A DNA stretch of 64,000 bases from an uncultured delta proteobacterium (GTDB lineage: Bacteria; Desulfobacterota; Syntrophia; Syntrophales; UBA2185), in contig CAVOID010000004.1 of assembly GCA_963695875.1 (NCBI GenBank), forward strand, positions 160,001 to 224,000. The letters run 5' to 3'. The notes below the pieces were generated by a model. That model saw nothing but the letters and a program-made list of their open reading frames with translations. It was not told the DNA's origin and did no database searches. The position numbers and the translations under genes were made by a program. This document shows positions 1 to 9,513 of the stretch, one piece after another; within the stretch, counting starts at the first letter, position 1; every line of letters begins with the position of its first letter.

Positions 1-101
1 CTGCACTGCGGACATGCAGAAGCCAGTGAAGGCTTCAGAAAGTCATGCGATCTCCTTTTATTTCTCCTGGTTTTTGAATGTCGTTTAACTGGATTTGGCA
101 T
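1..101 (-). CDS. rpmF: 50S ribosomal protein L32 (5' part; runs off the window edge)
   Basis: Manual translation from CAT at 99-101: MPNPVKRHSKTRRNKRRSHDFLKPSLASACPQC...; lies directly downstream of yceD, the conserved arrangement. Confidence 0.93.
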   Translation of the reverse strand, partial: MPNPVKRHSKTRRNKRRSHDFLKPSLASACPQC

Positions 102-126
102 AGTTATTCTTCCTTTGCATTAAAAT

Positions 127-660
127 TCATTTATTATCGGAAACTTTAATTTTTTTTAAAACAGCCAGACGTTCATCGATAAATTCAGCATGACAGCCGC
201 AGCTTGCCATGTTGATATTAATCCCGCAGTGCGGACATAACCCTTTGCATGTATCCACGCAAAGAACTTTGATGGGAATTTGCAGTACAATTTGCTCAAA
301 TATCAGACCATCCAGGTCGATCACATCATCCTGATAAAACCCATATTCGAGATCTTCAGGACTTAACTCCTCTTCCATCAGCCTATTCTTCGCCGGGACA
401 AATGTGTATCTGAAGGTACTTTTTATCGGAAAATTAGTAGCTTCCAAACAGCGGCAACAATTAGAAACAACAGTTGCCTCCAGGTTCCCGTCGATAAACA
501 CGGTCTCACGCATTTTTTTAGCAGCGCAGAAAATATCAATACCTTGAAGGGAAAAATCACTTTTCTCCTTTTCAGGCAGCAGGTCCCGAAACCAGTCACT
601 ATCTTTATGAAACTGAAGGTTCAGCCCCTCTTCCGGGATGTTGTTGATAATGATTTTCAC
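127..660 (-). CDS. yceD: YceD/DUF177 family protein
   Basis: CxRC and LC...CKGLCPHCG.N.N...C.C motifs; upstream of rpmF. Confidence 0.9.
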   Translation of the reverse strand: MKIIINNIPEEGLNLQFHKDSDWFRDLLPEKEKSDFSLQGIDIFCAAKKMRETVFIDGNLEATVVSNCCRCLEATNFPIKSTFRYTFVPAKNRLMEEELSPEDLEYGFYQDDVIDLDGLIFEQIVLQIPIKVLCVDTCKGLCPHCGININMASCGCHAEFIDERLAVLKKIKVSDNK

Positions 661-784
661 TGTGCGTCCCTAATTATTTTAAATTGTGATCCCGGGTATG
701 CGATGAGACATTGTTTGTAAGGTGCGAAGTAGATTATAAATTGGCCTGGTTGTCAAGTATAATTTTGTTGTTTGAAATCCGGCT

Positions 785-814
785 TGACAAACAAAGTATC
801 GCAGCCATATAAGG
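785..814 (+). promoter_or_regulatory. Putative sigma70 promoter of gltX
   Basis: TTGACA-18 nt-TATAAG. Confidence 0.45.
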
Positions 815-829
815 AAGTTCGTCAAAACA

Positions 830-2260
830 ATGGACATGGTTAATAAAATGACTCAACAAGAGGGGATTAGAACACGTTTTGCCCCATCTCCCACAGGATT
901 TCTGCACATTGGAGGTGCGAGAACCGCACTTTTTGCCTGGCTTTATGCCAGGCATTTCAATGGGCAATTCATTCTCAGGATCGAAGATACTGATCAGCTT
1001 CGTTCAACGGAGGAATCAACAAAAGCGATTCTCGATGCCTTAACGTGGCTTGGGCTTGACTGGGATGAGGGGCCGTTTTTTCAGGCACAGCGCGTGGACA
1101 TGCACAGGCAAATGGTAAGGAAGCTCCTGGATGAAGGGAAGGCCTATTATTGCGTCTGTACTCCTGACGAACTGGAAGAGAAGAGGAAGAGTGCCCTTGC
1201 GGAGGGTAGAAAACCGAAATATGACGGTACGTGCCGGGATAAAAATCTCCCCAAATCGGCGAATTCGGTGGTCAGATTCCGATGTCCCCATACGGGTATA
1301 ACGGTAGTAAATGATCTGGTTAAGGGCATGATCACCTTTAATAACGAGGAGCTTGATGATCTGGTCATAGAAAGAAGCGATGGCTATCCGACATACAACT
1401 TTGCCGTCGTGGTGGATGATGCCCAGATGGAAATAACCCATGTGATCAGAGGAGATGACCATGTCAACAATACGCCGCGGCAGATTCTTCTCTATGAGGC
1501 GCTGGGATATAAAGTCCCCCAGTTCGGCCATGTTTCCATGATCATGGGGTCTGATAAAACGCGGCTGAGTAAACGCCACGGGGCAACATCAGTTATGGCT
1601 TACAAGGAGATGGGGTATCTGCCGGAAGCCATGGTCAATTACCTGGTCAGGCTTGGATGGTCTTACGGAGACCAGGAGATATTTTCTTTGGATGAACTCA
1701 TCCGTTTCTTTACCCTTGATTCGGTTGGGAAATCCGCCGCCATATTTAATCCGGATAAACTTCTCTGGTTAAATCAGTACTATATCAAGGAATGCCCGAC
1801 GGAGAGGCTCGTCCGGGAGATGATACCGTTCTGGAAACGATTGGGTGTCGATACTACCGATCAGGCTTTTCTCGGACATGTGGTTAATGACCTGAAATCG
1901 AGGGCAAAGACCCTCGTGGAACTTGCTGAATCAAGCTTGTTTTACTTCACGGATGATGTTGCCTATGAAAGCGAAGCAGCAAACGCATTCCTGAAGGAGG
2001 AAATGGCGGATCATCTTAAGGCCGTAGCCGAAGGAATCCCCTCTTTACAGGATTATAGCAAAAAAGGGATGGAGGCATTTCTGCGAACCCTGGCTGAAGA
2101 AAGGGGCATCAAACTTAAAGTGATAGCACAGCCGCTCCGGGTTGCCATCACAGGAAAGACTGTCAGCCCCGGAATTGATGAAGTTATGATCACTCTAGGC
2201 AAGGAGCGGGTGATTAAAAGAATCAACAGAGCTGTTGAGTATATCAAAAACAGGGCATGA
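830..2260 (+). CDS. gltX: Glutamate--tRNA ligase (start may be ATG 848)
   Basis: RFAPSPTG, HIGG, RIEDTD and RLSKR (KMSKS-like) motifs. Confidence 0.97.
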   Translation: MDMVNKMTQQEGIRTRFAPSPTGFLHIGGARTALFAWLYARHFNGQFILRIEDTDQLRSTEESTKAILDALTWLGLDWDEGPFFQAQRVDMHRQMVRKLLDEGKAYYCVCTPDELEEKRKSALAEGRKPKYDGTCRDKNLPKSANSVVRFRCPHTGITVVNDLVKGMITFNNEELDDLVIERSDGYPTYNFAVVVDDAQMEITHVIRGDDHVNNTPRQILLYEALGYKVPQFGHVSMIMGSDKTRLSKRHGATSVMAYKEMGYLPEAMVNYLVRLGWSYGDQEIFSLDELIRFFTLDSVGKSAAIFNPDKLLWLNQYYIKECPTERLVREMIPFWKRLGVDTTDQAFLGHVVNDLKSRAKTLVELAESSLFYFTDDVAYESEAANAFLKEEMADHLKAVAEGIPSLQDYSKKGMEAFLRTLAEERGIKLKVIAQPLRVAITGKTVSPGIDEVMITLGKERVIKRINRAVEYIKNRA

Positions 2261-2338
2261 TTCTTCCCATTTTGATCTTGACTTTTTACGACTGATTGAT
2301 TAAAAAACCACCTTCCAAATCGTTTATTCCAAAATGAT

Positions 2339-2413
2339 GGTCCCATCGTCTAGTGGTTAGGACGCTGGCCTCTCACGCCGGAAACTCGGGTTCAAGTCCC
2401 GGTGGGACCACCA
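2339..2413 (+). tRNA. tRNA-Glu (CTC)
   Basis: Acceptor stem GGTCCCA/TGGGACC, anticodon loop CT-CTC-AC, T-loop TTCAAGT, encoded CCA. Confidence 0.96.
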
Positions 2414-2679
2414 AAATAATAACTGATAGTTACAAAAAAATTTGTAGCTCATCCCCTTTTTTATTTTTCAGTTCCCAAATATTCCCAACAACAGGGGTAA
2501 TGCTTTGTAGGTGTTGACAATAACCATCCGCTTCCCATTTTCAACAAATATCGACCCACCCCCAGCAAAAATTACGGATTGTTATCATCTACCCGACATC
2601 CAGGCTATATAGGTTACGTCCACAGCACCAACTCTAACTATCAGTCAGTTTAGCCCCATAATAAGTTCCCTTGACCTTA

Positions 2680-3120
2680 TCACTTAACCAGCAGAACGGG
2701 ACACTTGGCTCCCCTCAAAACCTTATCTGCGACACTGCCAAGATGCTTAATCAAACCCTTTTTCCCGTGCGAAGCGATCACGATCAGGTCAATACCCTTG
2801 TCTTTTTGCTCTTTTAAAATTATCTCATAGGTATCGCCCTTTTTTACGTCAGAGATAATCTGCAGATCCTTTGATGCAGAGAGCATCTTCACTTCCTTTT
2901 TCAGTTTCTCCTCGGCAAACGCCATACTTTGCTTTTCGACCTGGTCCACGAGAGAGGCGTCCAGGCAATAATCCACGGCACACTGCATTATCTCGTCTAC
3001 CACATGCAGAAGATATATCTTGGATTTATGTTCTGACGCTATGTCCACAGCCTGCTTCAACGCCCTGTCGGAATATTCGGAAAAATCTGTTGGAACAAGA
3101 ATATTTTTCGGTGCAAACAT
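2680..3120 (-). CDS. Universal stress protein (UspA family)
   Basis: KNILVPTDFS...DLIVIASHG...LGSVADKVLRGAKCPVLLV. Confidence 0.93.
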   Translation of the reverse strand: MFAPKNILVPTDFSEYSDRALKQAVDIASEHKSKIYLLHVVDEIMQCAVDYCLDASLVDQVEKQSMAFAEEKLKKEVKMLSASKDLQIISDVKKGDTYEIILKEQKDKGIDLIVIASHGKKGLIKHLGSVADKVLRGAKCPVLLVK

Positions 3121-3309
3121 TTTTCAACCCTCCATACGTTTATACTAAAATTTAAATCATTATAAACCCCTATTCAACTTTAACCTTTACTTCCTTACTT
3201 TTGGCTTTCTCGCTCTTGGGCAAGTAGCCAATGATTTTATAACATTTTTATTTGTCATTTTTCCCCTCCTTATGGTTGCTTAATTTCCTGGTAATTACTC
3301 GATTAAATC

Positions 3310-3600
3310 TTACCCAACAATCACCTCGTAAAACTGAGGAGTCGGATGACCGTCAAGTAAGAGTCCAACCCGCATGCCAGCTTCATCATGGTCAGGGCTG
3401 GTGTGCATAGCCATAAAGGTCTCATAACTCTCGTGTTCTACAACGGCAGCGTAGTTACCTTGCTTTAAGGGTTTCAGGAGTCGCCGGTTGATGAACCCTT
3501 TATGCTTCGCCAACTCTTTATTTGACCAGGCAAACCACTTTCGAAACTCATCATCCTTTCCCGCCTTGATCGGTGGGAAATTGATAATAACCACAAACAT
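3310..3600 (-). CDS. Antibiotic biosynthesis monooxygenase (ABM)-family dimeric alpha/beta barrel protein
   Basis: Start at ATG 3600 after AGGAGG; MFVVIINF...GKDDEF...GFINRRLL...ESYETFMAMHTSPDH pattern. Confidence 0.7.
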   Translation of the reverse strand: MFVVIINFPPIKAGKDDEFRKWFAWSNKELAKHKGFINRRLLKPLKQGNYAAVVEHESYETFMAMHTSPDHDEAGMRVGLLLDGHPTPQFYEVIVG

Positions 3601-3647
3601 AACAGACACCTCCTTTTTCCTTTTCTCTTTTCTTTTTTTCGAAGTTT

Positions 3648-4193
3648 TCAACACAGATAAATTTCCTTCAATTCATGGAGAAGCTTGTGAAATTCTTCGT
3701 GGACACCCTCCCCAATTTTCTTGCGCTCCAAATCCTCAAAACCTTCCACCAACTCCCTCTGCTTTTTCTTCCCGAGAAGTCTATCGAATATGGGAAAAAG
3801 GACATTGTTTTCCTTCTGGATATGCTGGGTCATAAGGGCGATATACTTTTGGGCATTGGCTGTATATTCTACCCAGGTCAGTTCCTCAAACTTCTTCATC
3901 TGGGTGAGATCATGGTCCATGGCCCGCACATAGCTTCGGCCCTGGCTGTGCTCTCTCAGCAAGAGACCGATGAGCTTTCTCTCCATTGGGATAATGGCCG
4001 GAAATAGCAGGTATTCTTCTTTCCCGTGATGGCATTGATCGACGAAAATCTTAAAAAACTCCATGATCCTTTCCAGGTGGCCTAGATATGCTTTTCCCTT
4101 CGCTTCCATTTTGGTGCAGACCCTTTCCAAGATTTTCAGCATTAAGGCAATTCTCTCATGCTCTTCTTTCAACTGCTCCGCTGGGGTCATCAT
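3648..4193 (-). CDS. Hemerythrin/HHE cation-binding domain protein
   Basis: EH...HHGKEE.LLFP...EH...HIQKENNVLFP. Confidence 0.9.
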   Translation of the reverse strand: MMTPAEQLKEEHERIALMLKILERVCTKMEAKGKAYLGHLERIMEFFKIFVDQCHHGKEEYLLFPAIIPMERKLIGLLLREHSQGRSYVRAMDHDLTQMKKFEELTWVEYTANAQKYIALMTQHIQKENNVLFPIFDRLLGKKKQRELVEGFEDLERKKIGEGVHEEFHKLLHELKEIYLC

Positions 4194-4518
4194 TTCCTCC
4201 TTTATCTTTGGTACGTACTTTTATAATGCTAGCGACAAAGCTAAGGACGATACCATCAGCAATGGTTATACTTTTTATTCAAGAGCTTTTTGCTTCATCC
4301 GGCCAATCTCTGTCTGCATAAAGCATTAGAATCAAAATTCCATAAAATTGTCGCTTATTATTCGAAACCGTTACTGAAAAAATTTAATAAATAACTTGTC
4401 TTACTTGCAGAGCCCTCCTGGTGTGAATGACCTTGCCTTCGCTGCTACAATTACCCTTCCTGTCTCCAAAAGTGCTTTTTCGACAAAATCATACACCATT
4501 AATCCTCTTTTGATTTGT

Positions 4519-6792
4519 CTAGCCAAGTCTTCTGACATATAAATAGGTTTTTACAACGGCAATGAATAGCGGGATGACACCGAATACAATAAAGATCGCG
4601 TCAGCGGGGAGACGCGCCCATTCGATCAATGTTGATATCCTGCTGTCGAGAAATTCAGAACTCCGGGCATGCCAGTATCCGTTTTGAAGGACGTCCCATA
4701 GTTGGAGTACTCCTCCTGGGAAGAGATTGAGAAGAATCATCAAGGCGAGGCCGACATTAAGCGCCCAAAAGGAAACCCGTATGTATTTCTCCAGGTTAGC
4801 CCATCTATCTTCCGGCAGGACCTGCCTCATTGAGAATACCATAAAGGCAACGGCGAACATTCCGAAGACGCCCATAAATGCAGAGTGCGCGTGATTAGGT
4901 GTCAGGATAGTCCCCACTTCGAAATAACTCACGATGGGCATATTGATCAAAAACCCGAAAATACCGGCGCCAACGAAGTTCCAAAATCCCACGGCCGTGA
5001 GATAATAGAAGGTCCATTTGTGTGGAATGGAAATCTCTCTTCCGCACACGTCGCAGGTTCCTCTTGAAAGCTTGATGAAGTCCCAAGCATCAAGCGTAAG
5101 AAGGGTAAGCGGCACCACTTCCAGTGCAGAGAACATTGAGGCAAGAGCCATGGATATATTGGACTGACCTGTCCAGTACCAGTGGTGGCCTGTTCCAACA
5201 ATGCCTCCCGCAAGAAAGAGGATGGCATCGAGATAGATCACCCGTGTTGCCGTGATGCGTGTGACCATGCCGAGCCTGTAAAAAAGGACGGCAATCATGG
5301 CCGTCACAAAGAGCTCGAAGAAACCTTCTACCCACAGGTGAATGATCCAAAATCGCCACATATCGACAACTGAGAAATGACTCTTTCCTGTAAAGAAAAG
5401 AGCAGGCAAATAAAAGAGAGGGATGGCTGCGGCAGTCAGAAGAAAGAGAGAGGCAATCTCCCCTTCCTCTCTATCTTTTCTCAATGGTCCCACGATACGA
5501 AAAAGGAGGAAAAGCCAGATGAGTAACCCGATGACAAGCAAGAGCTGCCAGGCTCTTCCGAGGTCGAGATATTCCCATCCCTGGTGGCCAAACCAGAACC
5601 AGACCTTACCCGTAAACTGATACACTCCGAATAATTCACCAAAGAGACTGCCAAAGATGACGATAAGAAGTGCAAAAAATAGAATATTGATTCCTTTTGT
5701 CTGCCACTTTGTTTCAATGCTTCTTAATGCCGTGGCAAGAAAAATTCCGCCACCGACGTAGCATGTCGCAATCCAGAAAATCGCTGTCTGAAGATGCCAG
5801 GTGCGAAAGATGTTGCTTGATAAATATCTGGAAAAATCAAGACCGTAAAAACTCGACGGATCGGCACGATAGTGTGCAGTGGCGCCGCCCACGAGAACCT
5901 GCGCAAGAAAGAGAAGCATCGCTATGGCGAAGAATTTAATCGTTGCCTGCTGGCTTGCCGTGGCCTCTCCGGGAAGGAGCTTTGGGTGGTAATGATTACG
6001 CACTCCCTTCCACCCGAGGAAATCAAACTTGCCAAAGGCAAAAAGAACCGCTGCTGTACCTGCCAGAAGGGCGATGAGGCTGAGGGCGCTCCATAGAAAG
6101 GTATCGGCAGTGGGACGGTTCCCGACTGTAGGGTCATAAGGGAAATTGTTGGTGTAGGAAAATGATTTCCCCGGACGATTCGCGACAGAGGCCCAGGCCG
6201 TCCATGCAAAGAAGGCAGTGAGTTGCCTGATCTCTTCCGGCTCATGAATAAGCCCAGTCAGGAGCCCCCGATTGACCGCAGGATTGTAAAAGTAGTCCGC
6301 CCATTTTCTGATTTGACTGCGATAAGAAATCACCTCAGGTGTTGTAAAGGTAAGAAAGCCCGTTGCGGTATCATAGCGGTTTGTTTTGAGTAGTTGTTGA
6401 ACTTCCGCATTGAGGACAGATCTCTCAGCCTGCGTGAGGTTCTCGGCGGGACGGTGGAAAAGCACTCGGGAAAAATACGCCGCTGCATCAATTGCCAAGG
6501 TGTGCAGGTATTCAGCAGGAAAGTCAGGACCAAGGTAAGCCCCATGGCCCCAGATCGTTCCGTTTTCCATGAGACCATACTTCAGAAAGACCTCCTGGCC
6601 AGAGACGATGTCATTTCGGATGAAAATAGTCTCACCATCGGAGCTGATGACCTTCTCTGGAATTGGAGGTGAGTTCCCGGAGGTGGTGGCAGCAACCCAG
6701 ATCAGGATTGCAAATCCCAAAATGACAACTAGGAGAACGGACCGTTTCCACCAGGGCGAGAGTCTTTCAATATAGATTTCCTGATCGCTCAT
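4519..6792 (-). CDS. norB: Quinol-dependent nitric oxide reductase (qNor, single subunit)
   Basis: GTIWGHGAYLGPDF, YTNNFPYDP, RTWHLQ, HLWVEGFFE, GTGHHWYW, LEVVPL, HAHSA; 757 aa multi-TM protein. Confidence 0.95.
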   Translation of the reverse strand: MSDQEIYIERLSPWWKRSVLLVVILGFAILIWVAATTSGNSPPIPEKVISSDGETIFIRNDIVSGQEVFLKYGLMENGTIWGHGAYLGPDFPAEYLHTLAIDAAAYFSRVLFHRPAENLTQAERSVLNAEVQQLLKTNRYDTATGFLTFTTPEVISYRSQIRKWADYFYNPAVNRGLLTGLIHEPEEIRQLTAFFAWTAWASVANRPGKSFSYTNNFPYDPTVGNRPTADTFLWSALSLIALLAGTAAVLFAFGKFDFLGWKGVRNHYHPKLLPGEATASQQATIKFFAIAMLLFLAQVLVGGATAHYRADPSSFYGLDFSRYLSSNIFRTWHLQTAIFWIATCYVGGGIFLATALRSIETKWQTKGINILFFALLIVIFGSLFGELFGVYQFTGKVWFWFGHQGWEYLDLGRAWQLLLVIGLLIWLFLLFRIVGPLRKDREEGEIASLFLLTAAAIPLFYLPALFFTGKSHFSVVDMWRFWIIHLWVEGFFELFVTAMIAVLFYRLGMVTRITATRVIYLDAILFLAGGIVGTGHHWYWTGQSNISMALASMFSALEVVPLTLLTLDAWDFIKLSRGTCDVCGREISIPHKWTFYYLTAVGFWNFVGAGIFGFLINMPIVSYFEVGTILTPNHAHSAFMGVFGMFAVAFMVFSMRQVLPEDRWANLEKYIRVSFWALNVGLALMILLNLFPGGVLQLWDVLQNGYWHARSSEFLDSRISTLIEWARLPADAIFIVFGVIPLFIAVVKTYLYVRRLG

Positions 6793-6906
6793 TTATTTTA
6801 TTTATAATGGTGGTCATCCAAAATTTGGTATTTTTTCAATCATGTGTTTATGTCTTGACATAGAGCATATCCCATGGAATGAACAGTGAAAATCTTTTAA
6901 ACATTA

Positions 6907-7578
6907 CTATTCATGCCCGACATCTGCGGGACGAGAATCATCAAGAATCAGTCCCATCTTTGCCATGGCCGCGAGAGTGGAAGTGTAATCCTTGTGGACG
7001 ATGCCCCGGATACCCAATGACCCTGCCACATTGACAAACATTTCCCGGTCTTCGAGATAAACCACGTGCGCCGGGTGGACTTGGGCGATATCCAAAGCGA
7101 TCCGGTAAATGTCGGCGTCAGGTTTGCGGTAATGGACGAAACAGGAGGAGATGAAGAAATCGATGAAGTCGATCAGCCTGAATGTATGAATCCGGTAAGC
7201 GGTCAGTTCTTTCCCTTCGTTGCTTACCGCTGCCACCTTCAGTCCATACCGGGACTTGAGCCTACGGATAAAGTCGATCATGTCCGGGAACGGCTTTGAC
7301 TGGGCGAACATGAAGGCCTTGAAATCTTCCGGCTTAAATTGCCGTTCCTTATAGAACACCAGCCGGTACAGGTATTCATCAAGGCTCAGTTTACCTTCCT
7401 CGTATGTATCAAAAGTTAGGTGATGCCTTTCGTCCATTTCTTCGTAATCGAGACCAAAGACCTCCGCTGCCTGCATGCGCATTCTCCTGTCCCAGCCATT
7501 GGTAAGAATAACGTTCCCAATATCAAGGAAGAGATGTGTAATCCGCTCATGCTGCATATTATATATCTCTTTCTTCAT
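6907..7578 (-). CDS. HAD-superfamily hydrolase/phosphatase
   Basis: FLDIGNV motif I, SN motif II, RKPD and LEDR motifs. Confidence 0.88.
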   Translation of the reverse strand: MKKEIYNMQHERITHLFLDIGNVILTNGWDRRMRMQAAEVFGLDYEEMDERHHLTFDTYEEGKLSLDEYLYRLVFYKERQFKPEDFKAFMFAQSKPFPDMIDFIRRLKSRYGLKVAAVSNEGKELTAYRIHTFRLIDFIDFFISSCFVHYRKPDADIYRIALDIAQVHPAHVVYLEDREMFVNVAGSLGIRGIVHKDYTSTLAAMAKMGLILDDSRPADVGHE

Positions 7579-7725
7579 TCCTTCGTGGGAACGAGTTTTT
7601 GAGACATCACATGAGTGTATTGTTGATAATATTTTTCCTCTTCTCGGGGAATGTCAGATTGCCGAAAGTTGAGACTATCTAAAAACCGAACAGAAATTCT
7701 CACCCTGGCCTTCCTAGTTCACGAA

Positions 7726-7926
7726 TTAGAGAGCCCCTGGAGAATGCTTTTTCTTTGGTACATTGTTCATCCTCATTTTCAGATCTCTGATCTCAGCGTT
7801 TAGCCTCATGCAAGCTATCTCATACTCATCCCTGAGTTCGGGATCCAAAGATGGATTACTTAAAGCCAGCCTCGTGCAACTTCTGATGATCTCACATTCT
7901 TGAAGATAGCGTTTTAAATCTTCCAC
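7726..7926 (-). CDS. Small hypothetical protein
   Basis: 66-aa ORF with helical character; no recognised motif. Confidence 0.4.
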   Translation of the reverse strand: MEDLKRYLQECEIIRSCTRLALSNPSLDPELRDEYEIACMRLNAEIRDLKMRMNNVPKKKHSPGAL

Positions 7927-8392
7927 ATTTTTCGACTTCGCTATTTTCTTATATATTTCTTAAACCTCTTTCTAATATTGGAGAAATCAATCGATAAAAC
8001 AGATATATCCTTCAACTATCTTTTTGTTTACTGCATCAATATTATGCAGTGGGCGACGATTTCTAATATTTATTAAATTTACTTTGGCTGTTCAATGAAT
8101 GCAATAATCATAAAATAGAAGCATAATGGTAGGTAAAAAATGATGATAAAAACAGACTGAAGGTCATTAGCTGTCTCATAAATATAATTATGCTGTCACA
8201 GACGTGTTTATTGTGCGTATTGCTGAACTCAATAGTCTCCTTATTCTAATGTAATTAGAAGCTGAAAATCAGAGAAACCCCGATAGCATTCATAACAAAT
8301 TCCTATGTAGGTATAATTGAATAATCGGCGGCAATAATGTTGAAAGTTTACACTTAACCTTTATTGAACACAAATTGAGAAGGAGAACAACG

Positions 8393-8839
8393 ATGAAACA
8401 CAAACCCATTAAATTAAGATTCCTGTTTTTGGGTATTCTGGTTGCCGGTATTATGATTTTCGCTGCCACAATGGACGGCTTGTGCGCTGAGAAGATGTAC
8501 AAAAAGGCTCCCCCCGGAGGCAATTACAAAGAAGTCAGTTCCCTCGTAGCGCTTCCAAACTTCATTCCTGGCCTGGGGACACTATATGTGGATCCTGCAA
8601 CACTGCCGGCTGGACCGTTTCTAGCGTATGACCGCAAAGGCCAACTGGTGAGCACCGTCTACATGATTCCTCTCAAGGACATCAATGATCATAAGGAATT
8701 CAAGAATCTCAAAGTGGCTTCTGGAAAGGTGGATCACGTGGATATGTATTTTAACGCCGGACATCCCGGTGTACCTGAGCCTCATTACCATGTTATTCTA
8801 TGGTATATCTCTCCTGAAAAAGCGGCAGAAATGAAGTAA
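8393..8839 (+). CDS. Exported His-rich protein (DUF5602/TTHB210-like), partner of the cupredoxin
   Basis: AGGAG then ATG 8393; signal peptide; DHVD...GHPGVPEPHYH motif. Confidence 0.65.
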   Translation: MKHKPIKLRFLFLGILVAGIMIFAATMDGLCAEKMYKKAPPGGNYKEVSSLVALPNFIPGLGTLYVDPATLPAGPFLAYDRKGQLVSTVYMIPLKDINDHKEFKNLKVASGKVDHVDMYFNAGHPGVPEPHYHVILWYISPEKAAEMK

Positions 8840-8852
8840 TCGGAGAGGAGTA

Positions 8853-9437
8853 ATGCAGACGCGAAGGGAGTTCCTTGCGACCAGCGGAGTCGTCTTGAGC
8901 AGCCTCGTCGTATCAGATATACTGCAGTCTGTTTGGCCCTTGTCAAGCGGTGCTGAGTTGTCACGTGCAGCCAGTGCGGCGGGGATCGTTAAAATTGTGA
9001 TGCAGAGCGATCAGACAGGCGCCAATGTGTGGTTTGACCCTATCGGGATATATATCCATCCTGGGCAGACGGTCCGCTGGATTGTGGGCGAGAATGTCCA
9101 CACCACAACAGCATATCATCCGCGGAACGGCAATCACTCACTGAGAATCCCTGAGACAGCCGTTCCGTGGAACTCCGGGTATCTGGTGAATCCTGGCGAG
9201 CACTTCGAGGTAACGCTTGAGACTGAAGGAGTGTACGATTATTACTGTATACCCCATGAGATGTCGGGAATGGTGGGCAGGATTATCGTCGGGAAAGCCA
9301 CCGGACCCGGGGCATTGCCGTTCGATTACTTCAAAGGCAGGGGCGAGACAGCCAATTGGTTACCTGTCCCGGAGGCGGCGCAGAAGGCATTTCCGAGCAT
9401 TGAGCGGATTATGCGTGAAAAGATCGTCCGACGATGA
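8853..9437 (+). CDS. Tat-exported type-1 blue copper protein (plastocyanin/halocyanin-like cupredoxin)
   Basis: TRREFL Tat motif; H(NVHT)...YYCIPHEMSGM.G copper ligand loop. Confidence 0.9.
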   Translation: MQTRREFLATSGVVLSSLVVSDILQSVWPLSSGAELSRAASAAGIVKIVMQSDQTGANVWFDPIGIYIHPGQTVRWIVGENVHTTTAYHPRNGNHSLRIPETAVPWNSGYLVNPGEHFEVTLETEGVYDYYCIPHEMSGMVGRIIVGKATGPGALPFDYFKGRGETANWLPVPEAAQKAFPSIERIMREKIVRR

Positions 9438-9513
9438 TTGACACGGACGATCTATATCTAAAAATAGTCCTTATCCTTTTAGGATATAAGAATCTCCTGT
9501 TAAGGATCTTCTC

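Noticed and set aside
4519..6792. qNor as a nitric oxide dismutase (Nod)
   Set aside because: The catalytic His and Glu motifs (HLWVEGFFE, GHH, LEVVP) are canonical, without the substitutions that mark Nod-type enzymes
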